A DNA stretch of 64,000 bases. Origin: Dehalococcoidia bacterium. Lineage in GTDB: Bacteria; Chloroflexota; Dehalococcoidia; Plut-88900. Numbering within the stretch: the stretch's first letter is position 1; each line of letters opens with the position of its first letter. Under the pieces are notes generated by a model. The model was given only the letters and a program-made list of their open reading frames with translations, was not told where the DNA came from and did not search any database. The stretch covers positions 1,344,001-1,408,000 of the forward strand of contig OZ240215.1 in the NCBI GenBank assembly GCA_965197585.1. Reading direction: 5' to 3'. The position numbers were made by a program, and so were the translations under genes. Shown one piece after another: positions 10,942 through 20,750 of this stretch.

Positions 10942-12333
10942 ATGACGATTGATGAAAAGCGTCTCCGCAGAGGCTCGATCTCTGGGAGGCGCTTATTCGT
11001 ACTTTTTACAGTGTTCACCCTTGCCCTGCTTATCGCAGCCGCCTGTGGCGAAGCCGCAACGGCAACGCCTGAAGCAATGCCGGATGAACCCACCCCCACG
11101 GCGATGATGGAAGAGGAGCCGGATGACGCAATGCCGGAACCCACGGCCGTGATGGAGGATGAGGAGCCGGATGATGCAATGCCGGAACCCACCGCAACTG
11201 CGGAAGCGATGGAAGAAACTGGCATCAGACCGAGGTCCGAGTGGACAGTCGATAACCCGGCCACCCGCGAGGAAATCGAAGCTGAGCTCCAAAAATATCG
11301 TGGTAGGAGCCTCGTGTTCAGTTCCTGGGGCGGCGCCTACCAGTCGGCCCAGCGCCAGGCCTACCTCATTCCCTTCAATGACCAGTTCGGCATTGAGGTC
11401 ATCGAAGATAGCACTCCGCTCCTCGGCAGGGTCCGGGCCATGCAGGCGTCGGGCAACATCGCCTGGCACGTATTTGACCAAGGTACGGGTACAATACACA
11501 ATCTCGGGAGGAACGGCTCCCTGGAAGACCTGGACTTCAGCGTAATTGACAACCGGGACTTCCTGGAAGTACTGAAGGCTCCCTACACCGCTGGTGGTGG
11601 CATCACCTGGTCCGAGACCTGGGCCTACAACTCCGATGTATACCCCGAGGGCAACCGGCCGACAATTATGTCCGACTTCTACGACACCGAGAAGTTTCCC
11701 GGCCGACGTGCCTGGGCCTACTACCCTCACCTCGAGATGAAGTTCGTGATTCTTGCCCAGAACCCGGAATTGCTCAACACATTCGAGGGAAGGGCCAGTC
11801 TGTCTGCTCTTAATCCCGAACAGGTGGACCGTGCATTCGAGCTCTTTGACGAATACGCGGACCAGATCGACCTGATATGGCAGACCGGCTCCGATTGCCC
11901 TCAGCTCCTGATAAGCGGCGATCTGGACATGTGCACCAATTGGAATGGCCGCATCTTCGATGCCGTCAGGGAAGGTGCACCCATCAATATCTGCTGGGAG
12001 TGCGGTCACCTCCTCAACACCGACGGGTGGGGCATCATCAAGGGCCTGAAAGATCAGGACCCCGAGGCCTTCGAGTTGGCCCAGCTGTTCATGGCCTGGA
12101 CTTCCTTACCGGAAATTAACGCTCGCATCTCTCAGTTCATCACCTACGGGCCGATAAACATCAAGTCTTTGTCTGCCCTTGACGCCCCTGAGTACGACGA
12201 AGTCAGGGATGAGCTTCCGTCATCTTCGGCCAACATCCCCTTCGCCATCCTAAATGACGAAGAGCATGCCGCTATCCATGATGACGAATGGCGGGAAAGG
12301 TACGCGGGGTTCATACAGACCTTGGGTCAGTAG
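10942..12333 (+). CDS. ABC transporter extracellular solute-binding lipoprotein, PotD-like (paralog 3)
   Basis: Same motifs; acidic EEPDDAMPEPTA linker repeats; GAGGAGAGG RBS. Confidence 0.9.
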   Translation: MTIDEKRLRRGSISGRRLFVLFTVFTLALLIAAACGEAATATPEAMPDEPTPTAMMEEEPDDAMPEPTAVMEDEEPDDAMPEPTATAEAMEETGIRPRSEWTVDNPATREEIEAELQKYRGRSLVFSSWGGAYQSAQRQAYLIPFNDQFGIEVIEDSTPLLGRVRAMQASGNIAWHVFDQGTGTIHNLGRNGSLEDLDFSVIDNRDFLEVLKAPYTAGGGITWSETWAYNSDVYPEGNRPTIMSDFYDTEKFPGRRAWAYYPHLEMKFVILAQNPELLNTFEGRASLSALNPEQVDRAFELFDEYADQIDLIWQTGSDCPQLLISGDLDMCTNWNGRIFDAVREGAPINICWECGHLLNTDGWGIIKGLKDQDPEAFELAQLFMAWTSLPEINARISQFITYGPINIKSLSALDAPEYDEVRDELPSSSANIPFAILNDEEHAAIHDDEWRERYAGFIQTLGQ

Positions 12334-12375
12334 TCCGGCGTAACATACGCTCACTATGTCCTAAAACGGCTAACT

Positions 12376-12408
12376 AGAGGGCGCACCGGCAGTGCCGGTG
12401 CGCCCTCT
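12376..12408. terminator. Hairpin between convergent SBP3 and epoxide hydrolase genes
   Basis: Perfect inverted repeat agagggcgcaccggc/gccggtgcgccctct. Confidence 0.7.
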
Positions 12409-12433
12409 CAGTTTGTAGGGTGCACTCCCCGTA

Positions 12434-13582
12434 TCAGCGAAATCCCCGGAAGAACTCCCGCATGTCCTCAGCTAGCCCATGAGGCGCCTCCATCGCCGCA
12501 AAGTGACCACCCTTGGGGAACTCCGTCCACCTCTGCACGTTATACGTTCGCTCCGCCCACTCCTTAACCGGTCGGTCCAGCTCCTCCGGGAACACCGCCA
12601 CGGCCGTCGGAACCCCTATCCCCTCTCCCTGGCTAAGGCGCCACCTGTCCTTCCGGGTCTCATAATATATCCGCGTGGACGCGTTAATCGTCTCCGTGAC
12701 CCAGTACAGAGTAATGTTTGTCAGTATCTGGTCCTTGGTGTAGACACTTTCAATGTCGCCGCTGCAATCGCTCCAGGAGCGCCATTTCTCTACTATCCAA
12801 GCCGCCAAACCCGCTGGAGAGTCGTTCAGTCCATAGGCCAGGGTCTGAGGTTTTGTCCCCTGTATGTGTCCATACGCACCCTCGTCCCGTTCCCATTGTT
12901 CGATCTCTTGGAGATATTGCTTTTCTGCATCAGACAGAGGCCGGGACCCGGGCCCCAGATAAGGGCTTCCACCCAGAATCATGTTGATATGGATGGCTTT
13001 CACTTTATCCGAGTGGCTGAACCCCAGTCTCGATGATATAGAAGCTCCCCAGTCTCCCCCCTGAGCCACGTAGCTTTCGTAGCCGATCTGGCTCATCAAC
13101 TTTGCAAACACGTCGGCCATGCCGTTGACACCCATCCCAGGAACCGAGGGCTTCTCCGAAAATCCGTACCCCGGCATTGAGGGCGCAACCACGTCGAACG
13201 AGTCCCTTTCGTCGCCGCCGTGGGCCGCGGGGTCGGTTAACAGGGGTATGAAGTCCAGAAACTCGACTATCGACCCCGGCCAACCGTGGATCAACAGCAA
13301 GGGCAATGGGTCGGGCCCTTTACCCCGTTCGTGGATGTAGTGCACGTCCAAACCATCCACTTCGTCAACGTATTGCGAGTAGCCGTTGATCACTTCCTCT
13401 TGCTTTCGCCAGTCGAACTCCTCGATCCAGTAGTCCACTAGCTCCTTCACGTATGCCAGGTTGGACCCGTAGTCCCACCCCGACCCCGGGATCTCGTCCG
13501 GCCAGCGCGTCCTCTTCAGCCGCTCCCGCAGATCTGTTAGAACATCTTCCTTTATGTCGACTCTAAACGGCCTGATAGCCAT
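12434..13582 (-). CDS. Epoxide hydrolase (microsomal type, EHN domain)
   Basis: HGWPGS, PSMPGYGFS, QGGDWG, GGHFAA. Confidence 0.95.
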   Translation of the reverse strand: MAIRPFRVDIKEDVLTDLRERLKRTRWPDEIPGSGWDYGSNLAYVKELVDYWIEEFDWRKQEEVINGYSQYVDEVDGLDVHYIHERGKGPDPLPLLLIHGWPGSIVEFLDFIPLLTDPAAHGGDERDSFDVVAPSMPGYGFSEKPSVPGMGVNGMADVFAKLMSQIGYESYVAQGGDWGASISSRLGFSHSDKVKAIHINMILGGSPYLGPGSRPLSDAEKQYLQEIEQWERDEGAYGHIQGTKPQTLAYGLNDSPAGLAAWIVEKWRSWSDCSGDIESVYTKDQILTNITLYWVTETINASTRIYYETRKDRWRLSQGEGIGVPTAVAVFPEELDRPVKEWAERTYNVQRWTEFPKGGHFAAMEAPHGLAEDMREFFRGFR

Positions 13583-13617
13583 GATCGTCCTCCGGAATTT
13601 GCATTGCCCGCATTTCT

Positions 13618-13815
13618 TCATTCATCACAGTTGGATTCGAGGGCCACTATCGTATCCACAAGCCTGCCCGCCCATTCCCTCAGCTCCTCTTCGATATCCG
13701 CTCCACAGTGGGCGCAGTCCAGGTCCCCGAATCGGAGGTTTATGCCGCAATCTCGGCACTCGGGTCTCTCGGACAATATTCTGAAAACTGTCTGAATCTG
13801 GGTCTCGGTAGCCAT
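13618..13815 (-). CDS. Small zinc-ribbon protein
   Basis: CRDC...CAHC in a 65-aa ORF directly upstream of, and co-oriented with, the epoxide hydrolase. Confidence 0.55.
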   Translation of the reverse strand: MATETQIQTVFRILSERPECRDCGINLRFGDLDCAHCGADIEEELREWAGRLVDTIVALESNCDE

Positions 13816-14000
13816 TTTCCCTCACTGCTGTCGTTGGTCAAGTCTGATGTCGGATGATTATCTTATACCACGCTCTCCATCGTAGGGCCCTTGCTCCCAA
13901 TGCCAGTACAACGGGCATCCCATTTGATGATATGATATCAAGTAACCAATTCTCATTCCGCTTCACCTGCTTCTCCCCCAAGGATTTCCACAAGCCAACT

Positions 14001-15743
14001 ATGCTCATCCCGCTTCAAAGGCTCTTGTCCCGTGACCGGTTCATAAACGGCAATACGGACAAAAGACTACTTCTCTTCAAGATCCGTCAGCAGGGCATTT
14101 ACCCCGCCCTGGCCCTTCCCGCTCTGCTTCTAATGGTCCTCTTCTTCATCATCCCACTGGTCAGAATGGTGGACGTCAGCTTCGGTGGGAATGACGGCTT
14201 CTCCCTCGCCTACTACGACAAGGCCCTGACTAACCCCATCTACCAGAGGATGTTCCGCACCACCTTCGAACTGGCTGCTTTTACCACCGTCGGTTGCATC
14301 GCTCTCGGATACCCCATCGCCTACTTTCTTGCCACCCGCACGGGCCGTTGGCACGGCGCAGTTCTCCTAATAGCCATAATTCCATTCATTACTAACTCCA
14401 TTGCGAGCGTCTACTCCTGGCGCGTGATATTCGGTAGACGCGGTCCCGTAAACGAGTTCTTGCAGCTCATCGGAGTAATAGATGACCCACTTGAAATACT
14501 CTGGAGCCGTTTCGCAGTAGAAGTCGGCATGATCCAGATTCTCCTTCCCTTCATGATTCTCCCACTCTACGCCGTCATGCGAAGTATCCCCAAGAGCCTT
14601 ACAGCCGTCGCCGAAAGTATGGGCGCCCATCCGATAAAGAGCTTCCGGCATATATTCCTTCCCCTGAGCCTTCCAGGAATCTGGGCCGGGTCCATTCTTG
14701 TGTTTATACTCAGCGCAGGCAGCGCCATCGCCCCGAGCATCCTGGGCGGCATCCGGGACCAGGGCATAGCTTCCTATCTGGCCGGAACCAGCGGATTCAG
14801 CGCTGCTCTTGCCGTGATCCTCCTTACCGCTATCCTCATCCTGTACATGATTTTCGCCCGGCTGGTCGGGTTCGGCTCCCTATATGGTGCCGGTGAGGCC
14901 CTCCTCCGCTCCTCTCCCATCGAGATCTCCTACCGCGCACCGCGGCGCATTTCTTTGAATGTCATGGTCGGGGCAGTTTGCATTTTTCTGGTCCTGCCCA
15001 GCCTCATAGTCATTCCCCTCGCCTTCAATGAGTCTTCTTTCGTCATTTTCCCTCCAAAGTCCTATAGTTTGGTCTGGATCAAAACCTTCTTCACTACCAG
15101 CGTAATCAGCCCCGTCAACTGGGTGGAGTCTACCTTCACCAGCCTCCAACTTGCCTTTATCACAGTCTTGGTCTCCGTGCCCGCCGGAGGCCTGGTCGCC
15201 TACGGAATTGCGCGAGGCTCCTTCCCGGGCCGCGGCTTTCTTGGTTCCTTTATAATCCTGCCCCTCATAATCCCCTCGACCCTCACTGCCATCGCTCTTT
15301 TCTACTTCTACTCCTTCCACATGCGGATACTTGTCGGCACCGTCATTGGCATAGCCATGCCCCACGCCGTTCTGGCAATACCCTATGTCGTCATCATCCT
15401 CACCGCCACCCTCCGAGGCGTCGACGAGGTCCACGAGCAGGCTGCCATGAGCCTCGGCGCTAATCGATTCACCGCTTTCCGGAGGGTTATCCTGCCCCAG
15501 ATAGTGCCCGGCATTACCGTTGCCACCTTTTTCGCGTTCATGGTCTCCTTCTACGAGGTGCCAATAGCCGTGTTCCTCAAGGACCCGTTCCTCAGGACCC
15601 TTCCCATGAATTTGTGGAACGGCGTAACCGTGGAATTTGCCCCTATGATGGCCGCGGTCTCTTTCATCCTCTTGATTTTCGCTGCTTTCATGCTTATAGG
15701 CTTGGTCTTTTTTAGAAGTCGCCTCTTTAAGCAGCGGACCTAA
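14001..15743 (+). CDS. Fused PotB/PotC-like ABC transporter permease (two TM modules)
   Basis: Two EAA-like loops (AVAESMGA, EQAAMSLGA) and about 12 hydrophobic segments; start uncertain. Confidence 0.88.
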   Translation: MLIPLQRLLSRDRFINGNTDKRLLLFKIRQQGIYPALALPALLLMVLFFIIPLVRMVDVSFGGNDGFSLAYYDKALTNPIYQRMFRTTFELAAFTTVGCIALGYPIAYFLATRTGRWHGAVLLIAIIPFITNSIASVYSWRVIFGRRGPVNEFLQLIGVIDDPLEILWSRFAVEVGMIQILLPFMILPLYAVMRSIPKSLTAVAESMGAHPIKSFRHIFLPLSLPGIWAGSILVFILSAGSAIAPSILGGIRDQGIASYLAGTSGFSAALAVILLTAILILYMIFARLVGFGSLYGAGEALLRSSPIEISYRAPRRISLNVMVGAVCIFLVLPSLIVIPLAFNESSFVIFPPKSYSLVWIKTFFTTSVISPVNWVESTFTSLQLAFITVLVSVPAGGLVAYGIARGSFPGRGFLGSFIILPLIIPSTLTAIALFYFYSFHMRILVGTVIGIAMPHAVLAIPYVVIILTATLRGVDEVHEQAAMSLGANRFTAFRRVILPQIVPGITVATFFAFMVSFYEVPIAVFLKDPFLRTLPMNLWNGVTVEFAPMMAAVSFILLIFAAFMLIGLVFFRSRLFKQRT

Positions 15744-15777
15744 AGCCGGCGATGAGATAGCAGTCCGGGAGGACACC

Positions 15778-16194
15778 ATGGACTACAACGATGCCCTCGC
15801 CTTTCTATCAGCCAACTTCGACGCCGTCGTCAACACCTTCAGAAAGTCCGGCGCCATCCAGTCCAGTGTGGTAAAGGCCGGGGCCTATCAGAACGGTGTC
15901 GTCTTCGTTGCCATCGGCAACTCGGCAAAGCTGAAAAATCTTGCCCGAGACCCCCGATGCACCGTCACCATCGTTAGTCCCCACTGGAACAGCTGGTGCG
16001 CCGTAGAAGGGAAGGTGGTGATTCGGGACTGGGACAACACAGACCACGAATCCCTTCGCATCGAACTACGTGAGACGTTCGTAGCCTGCGGGGGCGACCA
16101 CGATGACTGGGATGAGTACGACCGTGTGATGCGTGAAGACCGCCGAGCCATCGTAGTGGTCAAACCCGACCACATCTACGGACAGGGAGTTTAG
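15778..16194 (+). CDS. PPOX-class probable F420-dependent oxidoreductase (Rv1155-like)
   Basis: AKLKNLARDPRCTV, HDDWDEYDRVMREDRR motifs. Confidence 0.85.
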   Translation: MDYNDALAFLSANFDAVVNTFRKSGAIQSSVVKAGAYQNGVVFVAIGNSAKLKNLARDPRCTVTIVSPHWNSWCAVEGKVVIRDWDNTDHESLRIELRETFVACGGDHDDWDEYDRVMREDRRAIVVVKPDHIYGQGV

Positions 16195-16214
16195 GGAGGC
16201 AGGGCCAGTTTCGC

Positions 16215-17114
16215 CTAACCGAGTAGGTTGAGGGCCTTCGGCACTACCGATATTTCCGCAGGGGTCTCAGCCACCCGCTCTCCGTCTGCCCAGATGGGCA
16301 TCGGCGCCTCGGTCTCTACCTTTAGCCTCTTTACTCGGTGCATGGAAACCGCCGGGTTCTTTAGATGGCCGCCGCTGAAGACCCGGGGTAACATCATCAC
16401 CACCTCCCGCCTCGAAACCGATTTCACCAGGCAGACATCCAACATCCCGTCTTCCGGCTCGGCTCCCGGCGCTATCTTCATGTTCCCGCCGTACTGAGGT
16501 GTATTGGCAGTCGCCGTCAGGAATATTCTGCCCGAGTATTCGAAGTCTTCTCCGATTAGATGTACCTTTGCATCCTTGTATCGAAGCAGCTGGGCAAAGA
16601 TCGCATAAACGTAAGACGGCGTTCCCGAAAGTATGCGAGGCACGTGCCCGTCCGCAACGTACTGGCTCACCGCACTGTCGAATCCTAGAGTAGCTACCGT
16701 CGCGAAGTACCTGTGCCCGACTGAGCCCAAGTCTATCTGTCTCGAATCGCCGGCTAAAATCAGATCAGCTACGCCCTCGGGGGTATTGGGGAGATCCATC
16801 GCCGCGGCAAAATCGTTGCACCTGCCGGCAGGTATGATCCCAACGATAACTTCCGAGGCCAAAGAGTGATCCATCACTCCGTTGATCACTTCGTGCAGAG
16901 TCCCGTCTCCTCCGCAGGCCAGCACCCCAACACTTCCCTCCTCTACCGCCTTTCGCGCGAGTCTTTCTGCATCCCCAGAACGAGACGTGTACAGGACCTG
17001 GTTAGACACCTCAGCCGACGTCAGCAGCATCCCAGTCTGTGCTGCAAGGGCCCGACTCCTCCCTTTGCCCGACACAGGGTTAGCCACAATGGTCCATTTG
17101 GCCCCATTCCCCAT
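16215..17114 (-). CDS. Diacylglycerol kinase family lipid kinase (YegS/BmrU-like)
   Basis: NPVSG, GGDGTLHE, PAGRCND, YGG, ADGE. Confidence 0.93.
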   Translation of the reverse strand: MGNGAKWTIVANPVSGKGRSRALAAQTGMLLTSAEVSNQVLYTSRSGDAERLARKAVEEGSVGVLACGGDGTLHEVINGVMDHSLASEVIVGIIPAGRCNDFAAAMDLPNTPEGVADLILAGDSRQIDLGSVGHRYFATVATLGFDSAVSQYVADGHVPRILSGTPSYVYAIFAQLLRYKDAKVHLIGEDFEYSGRIFLTATANTPQYGGNMKIAPGAEPEDGMLDVCLVKSVSRREVVMMLPRVFSGGHLKNPAVSMHRVKRLKVETEAPMPIWADGERVAETPAEISVVPKALNLLG

Positions 17115-17117
17115 GCT

Positions 17118-18704
17118 TTACGTCACGTCGCAAAGGAAGATTGGCGGATAATGGTACAGTGATACCTCGGGAGACGGTCCTACCGTGTCCTTTGCCATCT
17201 CCAATGCCGTCGCTACGTCCGGCGCGGTCTCGTAGCCCAGCCGCTCGGCCACCGACTTGTCTTTCGCCCCCGCCACGATAACCCGGCCCAGGTACTCCTG
17301 CCCATAGCACGCCCAGTACCACATGTATAAGGGATGGACACCGTGATACGCGTACGATTCCCGGTACAGCTTCCGATACCGCTCGTCCGAGGCATAAGAA
17401 GCTTCAAACCTCTTCTCAATCTCAGCCGCGTCCCGGGTCTCGGGCAGAATGTTGTTGTAAAAATCGATATACGAGGGGTGGTGCAATGAGTTGAATCGCT
17501 CCTCCAGCGGGTGCGAAAACACCAGTACCCCGCCCCGCCTCACCAATGGCTTCCCCCGGTACATGTTAAAGCTGTAGCCGAGCGCGAGCGTGTGGATTAG
17601 CAGCGGATTCAGCAGCGAGTTCACGTTGTACGGGCAGAGATAAGGAAGGCCCATTACCACCACGTCGGCCTGGCCCTCCACCGGTACTGCCTGCTGCTTG
17701 AATAGACTCGTCAATATCTTCTCATGTACCAAGTCCGTGTCCCCCGCCGCGACATCCAGCAGTCCATATGGCGAGCGCAGGTTCTGGAATATCTGCCATC
17801 TTAAATAGAACGGCAAGATGTCCAGTGCCCTACGGTTGACCCCGAATGTCACCTTGTCTATGGCATTCCAGTCTGACTCCTGCTTTTGCAGGTGTGCCAA
17901 TATCGACGGAAACGTGTTCGAGGTAAGGGAAGTCTCTATCTTGAAGACGTTCAGATTCTTGGATACCACCTCTCCCATCCCATTTACCGAGTTATGCAAC
18001 GCGGACCGTGTCGGGTCCATGTATGACTCGCACCGCATCAGTGTATGCACATTGTGGTTGTGCCTGATGGTCTTGTAACTCACCAGTCCCGTGCTGATCG
18101 ACTTATGCCCACCATCCATCGAAGAGAGGTTGATGTTCACGTAAATCAACAGATCAGACTCCGCCACCCTATTCGATGTTTCCACCTCCTCACCCTTCTC
18201 AGTCATCCCGAGCACCACCAGGTCCTCCTCGTCCTCCGCATCAAAGTTGTACAACCTGTCAGGGTGGAATTCGTTGAATACCCTCTTGCCCACAGCCCGC
18301 TTTAGCTCGGAAGGAGTCATACGCCGATGTAGCCCCAGCGCGGCTACAAGGTGTACATCCTCGACACCATTCTCTCTCAACGTTCGAAGCACCGCTTCGA
18401 TGATCCTCTGGCGCAAGTCGGGCCTCTTCATCTGCGGCAGAGGCAGAGATATATCATCAAAAGCGATGGTTACCTTCATACCGGGCCGAAGCTGGTGGGA
18501 CAACGGGTCCTGACCCAAGGGGTTCTCTAATGCCTCAGCTATCGCCCCGTCCGCGTCTTCAATAGAGGGAAGGGCAGGCGGAGGATAGATTATGCGGCTC
18601 CCCACCGGCAGCTCCTCGAACCGGAATGCCTCCCCATGATGCATCAGGAATCGCTGTCCGGGCTTCTCAACCCGTTTAATCAACTTGCTCTTATCTATTT
18701 CCAA
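17118..18704 (-). CDS. Lactate racemase (LarA/DUF2088) domain protein
   Basis: ALENPLG, IAFDDIS, ALGLHR, GGHKS; probable TTG start behind AAGGGA. Confidence 0.8.
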   Translation of the reverse strand: MEIDKSKLIKRVEKPGQRFLMHHGEAFRFEELPVGSRIIYPPPALPSIEDADGAIAEALENPLGQDPLSHQLRPGMKVTIAFDDISLPLPQMKRPDLRQRIIEAVLRTLRENGVEDVHLVAALGLHRRMTPSELKRAVGKRVFNEFHPDRLYNFDAEDEEDLVVLGMTEKGEEVETSNRVAESDLLIYVNINLSSMDGGHKSISTGLVSYKTIRHNHNVHTLMRCESYMDPTRSALHNSVNGMGEVVSKNLNVFKIETSLTSNTFPSILAHLQKQESDWNAIDKVTFGVNRRALDILPFYLRWQIFQNLRSPYGLLDVAAGDTDLVHEKILTSLFKQQAVPVEGQADVVVMGLPYLCPYNVNSLLNPLLIHTLALGYSFNMYRGKPLVRRGGVLVFSHPLEERFNSLHHPSYIDFYNNILPETRDAAEIEKRFEASYASDERYRKLYRESYAYHGVHPLYMWYWACYGQEYLGRVIVAGAKDKSVAERLGYETAPDVATALEMAKDTVGPSPEVSLYHYPPIFLCDVT

Positions 18705-18756
18705 TACAGTTCCCTTATATCTCAGTGGCCTTCGCCGTAAGTGTAGCAAGCCCCGG

Positions 18757-19998
18757 TTAGTCGGGAAAGGTGAACACCATCTTTCCGCCCCCCAGCCTCC
18801 CCGCCCGACCCGCTTTCACAATTGCTTCCCGGTACCGCTTAATGGGAAACCTGTGACTCACTAGCCTCGACACCCCGGAACGGAAGTTTCCGTCCTTCAT
18901 GAGGTGTTTGGCCAGTTCGAACGTCTTCATCTCTTTGTCCACGGTCCGCTCTATCCCGTAAGCGTAAGAGCCTGTAAATCGCACCTCCTGGTGCCACAGG
19001 GGCGTCAGGTCGGCCTTCGCATCAGACGGCATTCCCAGGGCCACGAGCGTCCCGTTCTCCATCGTCCACCTCATTGCATCTTCCAGCGCTGCCGACGTGC
19101 CAACACACTCGAACACTACGGGAAACCCGCCCGAAACAGCCGGCTTCCCCCGAATGACCGACAGCACCTTCGCCCCGACCTCATCCGACAGCTGCGCATA
19201 TCCCCCCACACCAGCATCACATACCACGTTAGCTCCCAAGTCCATGGCCTTACGCTTCTGTGATTCGTATTTGGCCACAGCCACTATCCGGCATTCCGGT
19301 TGTAATGCTCTCAGAGCTGCAATGGTCAGCAATCCAACTACACCACACCCGACCACGAGCACGGGCCCCAACCCTTCTATCCCGGCCCTAAGCACTCCGT
19401 GAATAGCACACGATAGCGGCTCCAACAGCACTGTTGCTTCGTCCGAAAAGTGATCCGGCACTCGGTGCAGCTGCGCTGTGTGCGCCACGAACCGTTCTCC
19501 CCAGCCCCCCGGCAAGCTTCGGCAATACCCGATCTGCAGCCCCGCCGAAAATTCCCCTTCCGTGGTCCGTACGCAGTTAGCATACCGTCCCGCTGCACAT
19601 TGAGGGCACAAGTCGGGCATCCCCCTGACCGTGCAGCCTAAAGCCGGTTCGATTGCCACCCTTTCTCCTACCTGGAACTCTTTAACCCCTTCCCCCACCT
19701 CAATTATCTCCGCCACAACCTCGTGGCCCGGGACAAGCGGAAATGACGTAAAACCAGATAGATACAGGCTCCCCCTGCACATCACCACTACCAGGTCAGA
19801 CCCACAGATCCCACTCATAATCGTGCGCACCTTGACCCAATCTGGGCCCGGCAGCGCTGGCTCCTGCACGTCCTTCATCCGCAAAACAGCAGTCGGGCCC
19901 AAAGACAACCGTGGGAACCGTTTGGAAAGCGCCCTGGTCACCAGCCACCGTGGAATACTCTTGGAAACAACTAATGCCTTCACAGAAATCCGTCTCAT
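18757..19998 (-). CDS. Zinc-dependent alcohol dehydrogenase (MDR)
   Basis: GICGSD, GHE, structural Cys cluster, GCGVVG. Confidence 0.9.
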   Translation of the reverse strand: MRRISVKALVVSKSIPRWLVTRALSKRFPRLSLGPTAVLRMKDVQEPALPGPDWVKVRTIMSGICGSDLVVVMCRGSLYLSGFTSFPLVPGHEVVAEIIEVGEGVKEFQVGERVAIEPALGCTVRGMPDLCPQCAAGRYANCVRTTEGEFSAGLQIGYCRSLPGGWGERFVAHTAQLHRVPDHFSDEATVLLEPLSCAIHGVLRAGIEGLGPVLVVGCGVVGLLTIAALRALQPECRIVAVAKYESQKRKAMDLGANVVCDAGVGGYAQLSDEVGAKVLSVIRGKPAVSGGFPVVFECVGTSAALEDAMRWTMENGTLVALGMPSDAKADLTPLWHQEVRFTGSYAYGIERTVDKEMKTFELAKHLMKDGNFRSGVSRLVSHRFPIKRYREAIVKAGRAGRLGGGKMVFTFPD

Positions 19999-20060
19999 CC
20001 CCTCTCCCTCGATGGGAGAGGACTAGGGCCGTATGCTCGCTGAGGAGTGTGAGGGTATCT

Positions 20061-20750
20061 CTATCCTTTTAGGGTCCACCATCGCACCGGCCAATCCCTG
20101 GCACGGGCCAGCTTCTCCAATCTACGTTCCGGGTTTACCGCTATCGGATGCCCCACCATCTCCAGGAGCGGCAGGTCCGAAATGTCGTCCGCGTAGGCGT
20201 AGGAATCCGATAATGCCACCCCACATTTCTCCGCCCAGTTCTTTGCAGCCTCCGCTTTCCCGGCTCCACTCAGAGGTCCAAACTCCAATTCCCCCGTGAA
20301 TCGTTCCCCGTCCACCTTACCCCGGGACGCCATTACCTCGTCGACCCCCAGCAAGTCCCCCAGAGGCCTGACCATCTCCATTAGCCCGCCAGTAAGGAGC
20401 ACCACCTTGTGACCATCAGTCCTGTGTCGTTCCACCTCATCCCTCGCCTCCCTGAAGAGACGCCCGCCCCAGTAATCTGCGCCTCTCCTCTTAGCCCAGC
20501 CTACCAAGTCCCCCACCGCCGACCCGCGGTAGTTCTTAAAGAATCCCCTGATGAATTTCACCCTGTCAGTCCAGTCCGTCAGGGCGTAAAGGGGAATTCT
20601 GGGAGCAAAAGCCGCTAACCAGAGGCCTCGGCTCAATAAACCCTTACCTTCCAGAGCATAGTCCAGGTAAACGTCCAGCAGGTTTGAAGAGGCGATGGTC
20701 CTGTCCACATCAAAGAACGCTGCAACTCTGGCATTAGGCCTTCCCATCAA
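20061..20750 (-). CDS. HAD-IB family hydrolase/phosphatase
   Basis: FFDVDRTI motif I, AYADDISDLPLL motif IV. Confidence 0.9.
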   Translation of the reverse strand: MMGRPNARVAAFFDVDRTIASSNLLDVYLDYALEGKGLLSRGLWLAAFAPRIPLYALTDWTDRVKFIRGFFKNYRGSAVGDLVGWAKRRGADYWGGRLFREARDEVERHRTDGHKVVLLTGGLMEMVRPLGDLLGVDEVMASRGKVDGERFTGELEFGPLSGAGKAEAAKNWAEKCGVALSDSYAYADDISDLPLLEMVGHPIAVNPERRLEKLARARDWPVRWWTLKG

